This document shows positions 1-14,185 of a stretch of 64,000 nucleotides of DNA, piece after piece; position 1 is the stretch's first letter; every line of letters starts with the position of its first letter. The stretch comes from Octopus sinensis (taxonomy: Eukaryota), in the NCBI RefSeq assembly GCF_006345805.1, contig NC_043001.1, forward strand, positions 73,098,001 through 73,162,000, written 5' to 3'. A model generated the notes under the pieces. It had not been told where the DNA came from. It searched no databases and worked only from the letters and a program-made list of their open reading frames with translations. A program made the translations under genes and the position numbers.

Positions 1-130
1 ATCTTAGACTGGTATAACTTTTTCATTTTTTTAAACATTATTTTTAAAATGTTTTATTTTCAGATTGATTTATATTTCATTGGTTGTCTTATGTTTACCT
101 TCAAAATATAATAATGTTAATTAAAACTAA

Positions 131-334
<204 letters not shown>

Positions 335-999
335 TAAGATGCTTTTTGAAATTTTTCAATCTTTATTGTACTCACTAATAACTTCATTTGCATGTGAGGG
401 TGTATGCATATGTGCATGTATAGATGTATGTGTGTGCGTGTATATATATATATATACACGCACACACACACACACATATAAATTTAAAAACTAAACCTTT
501 CTGGCATGAGATATTTCTTTTTAGTTTCTATTTCAACATTTAGAATACTTGTTTGTACACATGTATGGATAGATGTGTGTTTCTTTTTGGGTTTTTTTCA
601 TCTAGATATGTAATTTGGGTCAGACAAATTTCTCAGATTGATTTTTGCAACATAAATTCAATGATACCAGAATCCGAGGGACAAGATTTTCATATTTTAT
701 TATTACATCATAATCACCTATAAAATAATCATGTGTATGTGTGCTTCTATAAAATGTATGTATACTTGCATGTTTTAGTGGACAGGTATGTGAGTGAGAT
801 TTTCTCTCCTCCAACCATTATTTCCATTTTTATTTTACTCTCTTTCTCTTTTTCTAATTCCTTCTTCTCTCATTCCTACTCCCATCCATCTTCAGTTCAC
901 CTTACCTGGTACAACTATGTCTTTCACTCTCCCCATCCTCTCTGTCATGCCTTCACTTTCTTCTGCCTCACTCCTTCCTACTATTATGCTTTAAGCAGG

Positions 1000-1056
<57 letters not shown>

Positions 1057-1990
1057 ATAAAATTATTATCTAAACAACCATGTGCCACAAAATCAAAGAT
1101 GTCATATAGAGAGAATAAGCCTGGGGCAATAATAAGGCTTGAACATTATTTAACTAAGCATGAGTTAATTGGACATCAATTAATTAAATGTCACTTAGCT
1201 TTGGATTGAACTATTACCTGAAGATAAATGACATATCTTTTGGTTGAAGACAGTAAAATAATAGAATTTATTGTTTGTCTGTGTAAACCAGTTGTATAGA
1301 TAAGTCAGTGTTATAAAAGAAAAAGAAATTTTATTTGAGAGCAGAACTTTCAGTCAGGAGGAGTGATAGTGGACCATAACCCTTCACTGGGCCTCTGGGG
1401 AATGTCTTCAAACCAGTGATGTGACCCAAATACTTGTGGACTTTACTAAATTACCCCAGGTGCCTTTAGTGGAATCCTCTCTGGTATATGTTCTGACAAT
1501 AACACCTCCAAAGATAACTCTAGTGCTAAGCTGTATTGGTCCAAGCCTTTCCCTTGGATGCATGTCAGTGTCATGAAGAGGAGAAGCTTGCTCAGGCCTG
1601 CATATACAAGTGCAAATGCATGGTCAACATTGACCAATAGAGACCATCACACTGTGTTCCACCACCACCACAAACACACACATACACATAAACATATGTA
1701 GATAGATATATCCCTTCTACTATAAGCACAAAGCCTGAAATTTTACAGGAGGTGGGGGCTGGTCAATTGCATCAACCCCAGTGCTCAACTGATCTTTTTT
1801 CATTGACTTTAAAAGGATGCAAGGCAAAGTTGAACTCAGCAGAATTTGAACTCAGGGCATTGAAACAAACAAAATACTGTGAAGCATTCTGCCTCGGTTG
1901 CAAATGATTCTACTAGATTGCTGCCTTTTAGATAGATAAATAGATATATCATATATCTAATCATTATATCCTACTTACTTGAATGTATTA

Positions 1991-2150
1991 TAAGAATGCC
2001 ACAATACTCTAGTATTCATCTTGAGAGAGCATCTCATATAGACATTTAGTACTCTCAATCACTAACTGTCTGAACATATAGACATTTAGCACTAAATATC
2101 TATGTGAGATGTTCCCTTGAGATGAATACTACAGTATTACAGCATTCTTA
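1991..2150. mobile_element. 160-bp fold-back (MITE-like) palindrome
   Basis: Arms TAAGAATGCCACAATACTCTAGTATTCATC... and ...GATGAATACTACAGTATTACAGCATTCTTA, about 60 bp each with ~10 mostly transition mismatches. Internal direct repeat CATATAGACATTTAG x2. Confidence 0.65.
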
Positions 2151-3137
2151 CAATATATCTATGTTAAAAATATAATAATTTGCTACTTGGTAATAATACT
2201 TCTTCCATTGCTAATATCTTATATATAATTTTGTCATTTGTATTTCGAAATCATGATTCATCTAGATTCCATATCTTCACTTTTACATCCGAATGTGAAT
2301 GCCCTCTCCTACATGTCACTTAACCATGATTGTAATTCTCCTGACCAATTTCTTTACTATTCTATTCAACACAAAAGTTGCAAGGTAGCACTTTAGTTTC
2401 ATATTGATAATATAAGGACTCTAGTAAAGAATAAATATTAAATTTATTGCCAATTTTCTCCTTCAAGTAAATTGTTATAAATTCACTTTAGTATAAAATT
2501 CCATGATCATAAGTGTCTGTTTGGTGTGTGTGAGTTGATATGTATATTAACACACACACATACAAAATGATTTTTCTTTCATTGTCTATTTATTCATAAA
2601 CTATTTCTGCCAAAAAATCTTTGGAAAATTTTTGTATTTTTTTGTCATAAGTTATTTGAAAATTCTTGGCAGCCCTTGTATTTACTTTGAAATTTATATA
2701 TCAAATGTTCTATATATATATATACACACACACACACATACAAGAGAGAAAAGTACTGAATACATTTAATATATACTAAACTTTATTCATGTATTCCATA
2801 TAGCGACAGAATGGAGCTTCGTCATTGAATAAATAAATAGATAAATAAATAAATATTTTTATGTATTTATCCATATATGTATATATATTATATTATACTT
2901 ATAAATTTCAGTGAGATTTCCTTAGTAATGTATTATTAATGAAATGATTTTCCAGCCAGGTCATAGTTGTTCCATGTGATCAAACTTAAGATAAGACAGC
3001 ACCAGACTTTATTGCATTCTTGTATTTACCAAAAATATTTTCAATATCAACATTATTGTTAGGGGAGTATTTTGACAGTGATATCTGTCTTGGACTAAAT
3101 ACCTTTGCAATATTCAGTCCATATATGCGTATGTGTG

Positions 3138-3169
<32 letters not shown>

Positions 3170-4181
3170 TCATCATCATCATTTAACATCTATATTCCAT
3201 GCTGACATGGGTTGGACAGTTTAACCACAGCTAGCAAGCAAGAGAGCTGCTCCAGGTTCCACTCTGATTTGCTTGATTTCTATGGCTGGATGCTCTTCCT
3301 AATGCCAACCATTTTACAGTGTGTGCTGGGTGGTTTATATGTGGCACCAGCATGGGTGTTTTTATGTGGCTCTGGCACAGGGCTCTTGAAGGTCAATCCT
3401 CTTCAGCAAGGGGAGTGGCATTAGCATTTTTGCTGTGGAGGATGGGTCTTCTCGAGTATATGTATATGGTGAAAAACTAAAAAGATGAGGTAAAAACACA
3501 AGTAAATAGAATGCGTTAGGTTTACGCTCAGCAAAAATAGAAGGAAAAGTATTTTTAACATTTTTGAAAATTTGCTCCTCTACAGAAAGGAAAGACAAGA
3601 TGAGGAAAATGGAGAGAGAAAAGAGCAATTGTGTCACAATTAGACAATCACTGCATACTGAAAAATTATATCATTTGTTCATTTAATGCTTGCCTTTGCT
3701 TGTTTGCATGGGCTGGACACAACTGTTTGAAGCAGTATTTTATGGTTGGTTGCATTTCCTGTTACCAACTAATATCTGGGGTTTTTTTAAGTAAAGGATA
3801 GTTTTTTTATTGGCTGTCTTTGACAGTATCTAGTCCTAATGTCAACAAGGAATGTAAACATCATATCACCATTTCACTCAAACAGTGACAAGCAAATCCA
3901 TGAAAGTGCAACATTCATACACACATACACACACGCACAATGACTCTCCAGTTTCCACTTACCAATTCCACTCAACTGGATATTAGTCACTCTGGGGTTA
4001 TATAATAGGAGATATATGCACAAGTGGCTGCAACAAAATTTTTGTAGTGGAACACTATAATGAACTGTCTACCTTGTATTGCATATAAATATATCAATAA
4101 TATAAGAGGTGGTAATAGTGAACCGACAGCCTTATATGTTTACATATGTGTGATGTGTGTGTGCATACCTCTATCTATCTA

Positions 4182-5078
4182 TCTAGAATACATTAAAAGT
4201 CAGTTTGAATCTTGCTTGCTTGTAATGTTACTCAGCCAAACTGGTGCATAATGGGAAATTACTATGAATTAGGTTAACCCTGAAATGTTAATATGAACGG
4301 AATGAAACAAGTTTCGTGTAAATTGGTAAACTGGTTTTTAGGATATTAGGGATTTTTGGGGTATAAATACCCAAAACAGTGCATTACGGGAAAATGTTCC
4401 GAAAATAATCTAAATCCTGAAAGGGAGGAAACTCTTGTCTTTCTATTAGACAGTGAGTTGACAACAAAAAAAGCATTTTTTTTACAGTGAACATTTCTAT
4501 GTCCACTTTTGTTAAACACAATATTTTTATCATTTAGAAATGTGATTTCAAAAATGTAAGTTGTTTGTACAGTAAGTATTTATATTTTAGCTTTCTTTAA
4601 AGACAATGTTTTTGTTTTTTCAAATTATTTTCAAGTGAATACCATTACAAAAATTTTTTTTGGCATATTTAAAAAATATTCTAAAGTGAAAATCACTTTT
4701 AAAATATAGTAAATATTTCGTAAAAGACCCGTTCTTAACCTCAGTGTGAAATAGTTTTTTGGGGTTTTTTTTCGAGTGCATTCAACGTATCTCACCGCCA
4801 AAGATTTGGCTGCTATTTCTAGCACGCTCTGCTACCATGTAACAGCTATTTGCAATAAAGGACCCGAAACACCTGTTACGTGGTAGTAGGGCATGCAAGA
4901 AATAGCAGCAAATCTTTTCTTTTCTGGGGAAAAGAGCTGTTTACACATGATTTCAATGTCACATTCGTTGAAAGCTTGCGAAATAACCTGGAAAAGAAAA
5001 AAAAAGCCCACGAAACAAAATCCTGTTGCTGGGAAGCTGAGAGTTTCCTGGTGACCCAACGGGTCACAGGTATTCTAG
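4182..5078 (+). mobile_element. Non-autonomous Helitron
   Basis: 3' end has hairpin CCTG(G)TGACC-CAACG-GGTCACAGG followed by tatt-CTAG|T. Probable 5' A|TC at TCTAGAATACATTAAAAG after (CTAT)n. No TSD. The 5' boundary is uncertain. Confidence 0.65.
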
Positions 5079-5224
5079 TATATATATCATCATCATCATT
5101 GTTTAACATCCATTTTCCATGCTAGCACGGGTTATATATATAAATAAATGGAGTTAAATGCAAGTGTTATTCAAATTCTTATTTTTCCATGTTAATTGTA
5201 AGCAAGGGAAAAATACACGCATCC

Positions 5225-5276
<52 letters not shown>

Positions 5277-5410
5277 TACATACATACATATAAAAAAGAA
5301 GTTTGAAAACACCACTATATAAGATAAATTTAATTTTCTTAGAAATTTTAAATGTTTCGGTTCTTCTTGAAAAAGGAACCTTATCAAAAATATTTTAAAA
5401 AGTTAAGTGT

Positions 5411-5810
5411 AAAAAAGTTCATAATTGTTTCTTACTGGTCTCAACAGAATCCATGAGGTGGTGTTTTGTCGGTAGTAAGCATAATAGCTGTAAGTTTAAA
5501 GTTGAGTGTAATAAAAAAAGTTCATAATTGTTTCTTACTGGTCTCAACAGAATCCACGTGGTTGCTTTTAGCTCTCTTATGTGTCCGAATGACCAGCTGC
5601 AGAATTGGCAGTAGCAGCAGTGACTGTTGGTCGTAGTAGTAGTAGTAACCATGGTGGTGGTTGGGGTTGCAGCAGCTCATTGGTTGTAGTAGCTTAGCTG
5701 TAGCAGTAGCAGCAGCAGTAGTGGGGGACTGTTGATCGTAGTAGTAATAGTAGTGACCATGGTGGTTGTAGTAGTAGTGATAGTAGCAGCAGTTGTGGTG
5801 GTTGTGGTAG
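5411..5810. repeat. Two local direct duplications (~103 and ~105 bp offsets) in GTA/CAG low-complexity sequence
   Basis: AAAAAAGTTCATAATTGTTTCTTACTGGTCTCAACAGAATCCA at 5411 and 5514; GACTGTTG(G/A)TCGTAGTAGT...CCATGGTGGT at 5622 and 5727. Confidence 0.8.
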
Positions 5811-5935
5811 ATTTTCATTTTTCTTTTTGGAAGACCAATGTATTGTTTTAATATTACTGGCCCAGGGTGTTCAAACTTGGTCCGAATTTTCTAATGAAAT
5901 AAAGTTCTTTATTTTGGCGTTGAGTGAAGGTTACG

Positions 5936-5990
<55 letters not shown>

Positions 5991-6110
5991 CATTATTATT
6001 ACTATTGCTGATATTATATACTCCAGGAAATCTATATGGTTAAGGTAATATGTTCTGAATTATCCAACAGAATGCATTTCTAAATTCTTATCTGATGAGA
6101 ATATTATTGG

Positions 6111-6142
<32 letters not shown>

Positions 6143-6169
6143 TATATATACATACATACACATATATCT

Positions 6170-6535
6170 TTTATCTTTATCAGTTATTAGACTACGGTCA
6201 CACTGGGACATTGCCTTGAGAAATTTTAGTCAAATTAATCGACCTCACTACTTATTTTCTTTTTAAGTCTAGTACTTATTCTGTTGGTCTCTTTTGCTGA
6301 ACCACTAAGTTATGGGGATGTAAACACACCATCAAGTAGTGGTGGGGGCAAACAGAGACACACGCACCCACACACACATGATGGGCTTCTTTCAGTTTCC
6401 GTCTACCAAATCTGCTCACAGGCTTCTGTCAGCTCAAGGCTATACTAGAAGACACTTGATCAAGGTGCCATGCTGTGGGACTGAACCCAGAACCTTGTGG
6501 TTGGGAAGCAAGCTTCTTACCACAAGCATGCCTAC
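6170..6535 (-). mobile_element. tRNA-derived SINE (octopus OK-like family), near full length
   Basis: Reverse complement reads ...GTGGTAAGAAGCTTGCTTCCCAACCACAAGGTTCTGGGTTCAGTCCCACAGCATGGCACCTTG...GGAAACTGAAAGAAGCCC(GT)n, with A/B-box-like head and a body shared by many copies in the window. Confidence 0.75.
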
Positions 6536-8711
6536 TTCTATAGTAGTTTTGTTTATCCAACATCCTCCTGTCTGTCCATTCCCAAGTACAGACTCAGCTC
6601 CTGTGGATTTAGCTACAGGTCAGCCTGCATCCATTGGACTGATAAGCCACTCGTTATTACCCCATCTTTTATTCAATCATGATAAATTTTGGAGTACATC
6701 CCTTCCAGAGTTAGATTTGGCTGTTATTACTAATTGGTCAAATGATCACTTAAAAGCTCAGTAGTTGGTAAAATATCGACCCCCCCCCCAACCCCATCAC
6801 TTGATCTGGTGTTCTATCACCACATTTGTACCAATGCTGCGGGAAGTAATATTGTTATTCCTCTGTTTTTCTCACCTTTATTTTCAAGTGAAGTTAATTA
6901 ACTGCAGTTTCAAACTATACATATTCAGACTGTCTGAAATATTGATTTTTAAAGATATTTATAATTAATAATTGATCTATATCACTTGTAAGTATTTCAC
7001 TCAAAACTTCATCTTTCACTCACAGGTCTTCATTTAAACCTGTCGACCTTGCTACGAACCCAATCACCTGAACAATTCAGTAGAGACTTGTTTGATTTCA
7101 TTGACACCAACAAGCAATATTACAACTACCATTGTACCATCTCTATCACTGCAATTATCATAACATGAGGTTTAATTCAATATGTATATTGAATTATATG
7201 TGCTTCTATTTGTGAATTCCTCCCTTTCGTATAACGATTATTGCTAAATTCTATTATTTAACTAATTATTTTAAACTTGACTAAAATAACATCTGAAAAC
7301 CCATCAAGTAGTATCACAAATGAGATGGCAGTAATAAACACAAATATATTGTTGATAGAAAAGTTGAACATTCTATGAGAATGTGTTTTCAGAAACAACA
7401 ATATTTTCATAAATGTTAAGAAATTCTTCAGACTTGTAACTATGTCAAAGTTTCCCCACTTCTCTCATTCCAGGCATGGCATAACTGGTGCCAGACTGGA
7501 GAAGTTGTCAGGAAACAAGACTAACTTGTTAATATAATTTCATATTCTCTATACTCAAGGCCTAATGAGTCAGGTATCTGCTATGTAGATCTTTCTTGTT
7601 GGTGTAATTGAAATTAAAGTGTCACTGTAGAGAATTCTTAATATAATAAATAGCAATTTGCTGCTGGAAGCTGGATCTACCCCCTCCCCCTTAACACACA
7701 CATACTACTATTACCATCACTGAGGGAGTAAGATAAGGATGGTTAGGTGGGGGAAGTAATTTGTTGGTTTATAGGTTATATTTTTAGAAGTAATTGTTTA
7801 ATTTTTCTTCCATGAGACAATCATCACCATCATCATCATAGTTTTAATATTCACTTTTCCATTCTTGTATGGGTTGGGTAGAGTTTATTGGTGATGTTTT
7901 TTTTTTATTGCCAGATGTCCTTCTGGTTGCCAACCCTCACCTGTTTCCAAGTAAGGAAATATTTCCTTGTGGCCAAGGAAAGGCCATGTTCTCACCAAAT
8001 ATTGGAAATGAATGACTTTGCTTGTAAGACTTGTGACGACCATTTAACATCTATCATATGATGTCAAGACAAGGAGACACACACACTCACTCACATACAA
8101 CAGGATTCCTTCAGTTTCCATCTACCAAATTCCCTCACAAGCTTTAGTTACTGCCATCTCATTTGTGATGCCTCTTGATGGGTTTCCAGATGTTACGTCA
8201 AGTTTAAAATTACACTATGTAGCATATTTTGTGTGCGTGTGTGTGTGTGTGTGTCTTTGGTCAGTCAATGTTGTTTTCTATTTATTTCAACCTAGATATC
8301 AAAGGAAATGACTAATATTCCCTTCAAACTTTTCTTTTGTGACTTGGACGTGAATGTTTTGAAACTGACCTATTTCCCATTACATTTTAGACAGATTCAG
8401 TGTGGAGTTGCACAGACAGAAATATTGTTATAACAAATATTCTGCTCAATACCACAGATTTGCTTGTCAGTTGTTTGACCTTAAAACATTCTGATATGTC
8501 CCTTAGTTGCTGACGTATGTACATCTCTGAAGCTATGTTGTCGAAAAAGTTAACTAAGTGTAACCCTTTTGATACAAACCTGCTTGCTAAAACAGACCTT
8601 TCTGGTTCTATGATACAAACAGCTCTTATTTTGAAATATTTAATTTTTAAATAAACAAAAGAATAAATTGAAATAATTAAAATATATACACATATAAAAA
8701 TATACATATAC

Positions 8712-8763
<52 letters not shown>

Positions 8764-8889
8764 ATTAATAATATAAAATATTATAAAATATTATAAAATA
8801 TTATAATAATCCAGGTTTCTCGGAGCACTAGGCCACTTGGTGTTGAATAGATATACTATTAAATTAGTATCTAATTCTCTCACCCTTAT

Positions 8890-10776
<1,887 letters not shown>

Positions 10777-10944
10777 TTAAAAGGGCTTAGTAAAATAAAT
10801 TACTTTGCCGCATACTGAACTCGTTAGAAATAGCAGCTAAAAAAACTATCTAACACTTAAGAAAACCTTCTATATAGTGCTTGCTCAATTCAACCCAAGA
10901 AAGTATGAGGGTAGAGACATTAAAAATCAAATGCAAAGGTTATT

Positions 10945-10995
10945 TGAGTACGTACGTTTAGATTAGCCAAATTCGACCCTTCTCTCATCAGCTCA
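10945..10995 (-). ncRNA. Type I hammerhead, array A copy 1 (damaged: G12 region deleted)
   Basis: Same motif as the other copies, but + strand TTTCAAGATT is reduced to TTTAGATT, which removes G12. This could be a consensus error. Confidence 0.55.
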
Positions 10996-11487
10996 GAATG
11001 CCTTGTTTGAGTTTGAAAACACTGAAAATGGGAGCATACCCTTTCGGCTTGTTATCGCTTCTGAGATCTGCTCCCAACTAACAGTGCTAGCTAACTCAAA
11101 TATGCAAGAGAAAAATTCTGTTCTCCCCTTTCCACCAGCGTGGGTTAAATCAGCAAACACTATGCTTTTCGGTAAAATCCAAGACAATTAAGTACAGAGA
11201 GATGAATTATAATTTCAACAGTTGAGGGTAAAATTAATTAATAACATCAATTTCACCAAGTATTCAGTATGCAAAGGGACCATTTAAGGCAAATTCAAAT
11301 ATTACATTATATAAAAGGGCTTAGTAAAATAAATTACTTTGCCGCATACTGAACTCGTTAGAAATAGCAGCTAAAAAAAAAACTATTTCTAACACTTAAA
11401 GAAAACCTCTCTCATATAGTGCTTGCTCAATTCAACCCAAGAAAGTATGAGGGTAGAGACATTAAAAAATCAAATGCAAAGGTTATT

Positions 11488-11540
11488 TGAGTACGTACGT
11501 TTCAAGATTAGCCAAATTCGACCCTTCTCTCATCAGCTCA
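11488..11540 (-). ncRNA. Type I hammerhead ribozyme, array A copy 2
   Basis: Reverse complement: UGAG CUGAUGA GAGA-AGGGUCGAAUUUGGCUAA-UCUU GAAA CGUACG UA CUCA. Confidence 0.85.
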
Positions 11541-12038
11541 GAATGCCCTTGTTTGAGTTTGAAAACACTGAAAATGGGAGCATACCCTTTCGGCTTGTTA
11601 TCGCTTCTGAAGATCTGCTCCCAACTAACAGTGCTAGCTAACTCAAATATGCAAGAGAAAAATTCTGTTCTCCCCTTTCCACCAGCGTGGGTTAAATCAG
11701 CAAACACTATGCTTTTTTTCGGTAAAATCCAAGACAATTAAGTAGAGAGAGATGAATTATAATTTCAACAATTGAGGGTAAAATTAATTATATTAATTAA
11801 TCAATTTCACCAAGTATTCAGTATGCAAAGGGACCATTTAGGCAAATTCAAATTATTACATTATATAAAAGGGCTTAGTAAAATAAATTACTTTGCCGCA
11901 TACTGAACTCGTTAGAAATAGCAGCTAAAAAAAACTATTTCTAACACTTAAGAAAACCTCTCTCATATAGTGCTTGCTCAATTCAACCCAAGAAAGTATG
12001 AGGGTAGAGACATTAAAAAATCAAATGCAAAGGTTATT

Positions 12039-12091
12039 TGAGTACGTACGTTTCAAGATTAGCCAAATTCGACCCTTCTCTCATCAGCTCA
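12039..12091 (-). ncRNA. Type I hammerhead ribozyme, array A copy 3
   Basis: Same intact core as copy 2, 551 bp away. Confidence 0.85.
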
Positions 12092-12411
12092 GAATGCCCT
12101 TGTTTGAGTTTGAAAACACTGAAAATGGGAGCATACCCTTGGTGAAATTGATTAATTAATTAATTAATTTTACCCTCAATTGTTGAAATTATAATTCATC
12201 TCTCTCTACTTAATTGTCTTGGATTTTACCGAAAAAAAGCATAGTGTTTGCTGATTTTAACCCACGCTGGTGGAAAGGGGAGAACAGAAATTTTTCTCTT
12301 GCATATTTGAGTTAGCTAGCACTGTTAGTTGGGAGCAGATCTTCAGAAGCGATAACAAGCCGAAAGGGTATGCTCCATTTTCAGTGTTTTCAAACTCAAA
12401 CAAGGGCATTC

Positions 12412-12463
12412 TGAGCTGATGAGAGAAGGTCGAATTTGGCTAATCTTGAAACGTACGTACTCA
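12412..12463 (+). ncRNA. Type I hammerhead ribozyme, array A copy 4 (sense to SIK3 pre-mRNA); predicted GUA cleavage after 12459
   Basis: Stem I UGAG/CUCA (extendable AAGG..AUU/AAU..CCUU); core CUGAUGA at 12416-12422; stem II GAGA/UCUU; GAAA at 12448-12451; palindromic helix III ACGUACGU; H17=A. Confidence 0.85.
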
Positions 12464-12959
12464 AATAACCTTTGCATTTGATTTTTTAATGTCTCTACCC
12501 TCATACTTTCTTGGGTTGAATTGAGCAAGCACTATATATGAGAGAGGTTTTCTTTAAGTGTTAGAAATAGTTTTTTTAGCTGCTATTTCTAACGAGTTCA
12601 GTATGCGGCAAAGTAATTATTTTACTAAGCCCTTTTATATAATGTAATAATTTGATTTGCCTTAAATGGTCCCTTGCATACTGAATACTTGGTGAAATGA
12701 TTAATTAATTAATTAATTTTACCCTCAATTGTTGAAATTATAATTATCTCTCTCTACTTAATTGTCTTGGATTTTACCGAAAAAAAAGCATAGTGTTTGC
12801 TGATTTTAACCCACGCTGGTGGAAAGGGGAGAACAGAAATTTTTCTCTTGCATATTTGAGTTAGTAGCACTGTTAGTTGGGAGCAGATCTTCAGAAGCGA
12901 TAACAAGCCGAAAGGTTATGCTCCCATTTTCAGTGTTTTCAACTCAAACAAGGGCATTC

Positions 12960-13011
12960 TGAGCTGATGAGAGAAGGGTCGAATTTGGCTATCTTGAAAC
13001 GTACGTACTCA
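12960..13011 (+). ncRNA. Type I hammerhead ribozyme, array A copy 5 (sense); predicted cleavage after 13007
   Basis: TGAG CTGATGA GAGAAGGGTCGAATTTGGCTATCTT GAAA CGTACG TA CTCA. Confidence 0.83.
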
Positions 13012-13286
13012 AATAACCTTTGCATTTGATTTTTTAATGTCTCTACCCTCATACTTTCTTGGGTTGAATTGAGCAAGCACTATATGAGAGAGGTTTTCTT
13101 TAGTGTTAGAAATAGTTTTTTAGCGCTGCTATTTCTAACGAGTTCAGTATGCGGCAAAGTAATTTATTTTCTAAGCCCTTTTATATAATGTAATAATTTG
13201 AATTGCCTTAAATGGTCCCTTTGCATACTGAATACTTGGTGAAATTGATTAATTAATTAATTAATTTTACCTTCATTGTTGAAATT

Positions 13287-13303
13287 CATATATATATATA
13301 TAC

Positions 13304-13336
<33 letters not shown>

Positions 13337-13353
13337 CATAATATTATATATAC

Positions 13354-13406
<53 letters not shown>

Positions 13407-13452
13407 CATACATATATATATATATATACATACATTATATATATATACATAC

Positions 13453-13526
<74 letters not shown>

Positions 13527-13527
13527 C

Positions 13528-13584
<57 letters not shown>

Positions 13585-13606
13585 CAATATATATATATAA
13601 TACATA

Positions 13607-13644
<38 letters not shown>

Positions 13645-13704
13645 CAATATATATATATATATCATATATATATATATATATATACATATATATTATAATA
13701 TACA

Positions 13705-13762
<58 letters not shown>

Positions 13763-13829
13763 CAATATATATATATATTAATATATATTATATATATATA
13801 TAATATATATATTATATATATACATTATA

Positions 13830-13884
<55 letters not shown>

Positions 13885-13887
13885 TAC

Positions 13888-13924
<37 letters not shown>

Positions 13925-13945
13925 CACATATATATATATATATTA
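13287..13945. repeat. (TA)n microsatellite with CA interruptions (right flank of array A)
   Basis: Direct reading; same TACATA polarity as 8890-10776. Confidence 0.97.
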
Positions 13946-14185
13946 CCATGCTTGTGTAGACCTGTCAAGCCAAGTGAGACCATAGTAACAGCCGATGTCA
14001 GTGTCAGATCAATGGCGTCTGTGCCAGTGGCATGTAAAAAAAACATCCACTGCACTCTCGGAGTGGTTGGTGTTAGAAAGGACAACTAGCTGTAGAAACC
14101 TTGCTAAATCAGATCAGAACGTGGTGCAGCTCCCCAGTTTACAAATTTTCCGTCAAACCATCCCCAAGTATAACAAGATACGAAC
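13946..14185 (+). mobile_element. RTE-LINE 3' tail / RTE-tailed SINE fragment
   Basis: GTGCCAGTGGCATGTAAAAA...GGAGTGGTTGGTGTTAGAAAGGACAACTAGCTGTAGAAACCTTG, shared with many copies (e.g. 25180-25490, 57330-57555). Confidence 0.6.

Larger units (their letters stand above)
10777..13286. mobile_element. Hammerhead-ribozyme array A (retrozyme-like): ~550-bp unit, about 2.5 copies in one orientation then about 2.1 inverted copies
   Basis: Unit starts AAAAGGGCTTAG at 10779, 11313 and 11867. Inversion at 12138-12140 (shared CTT). Inverted units start GGTGAAA at 12141, 12691 and 13238. Each unit carries CTGATGA...GAAACGTACGTA. Confidence 0.85.

Noticed and set aside
733-1209. 158-aa ORF
   Set aside because: Pyrimidine-rich low complexity plus (TA)n; no motif.
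11003-12528. Repeated 60-85-aa ORFs in array A (MLNSTQESMRVETLK...)
   Set aside because: Non-ATG starts, mostly antisense to the ribozyme, and frames break differently among copies. The majority spelling CTGAAGATCTG interrupts the joined frame.
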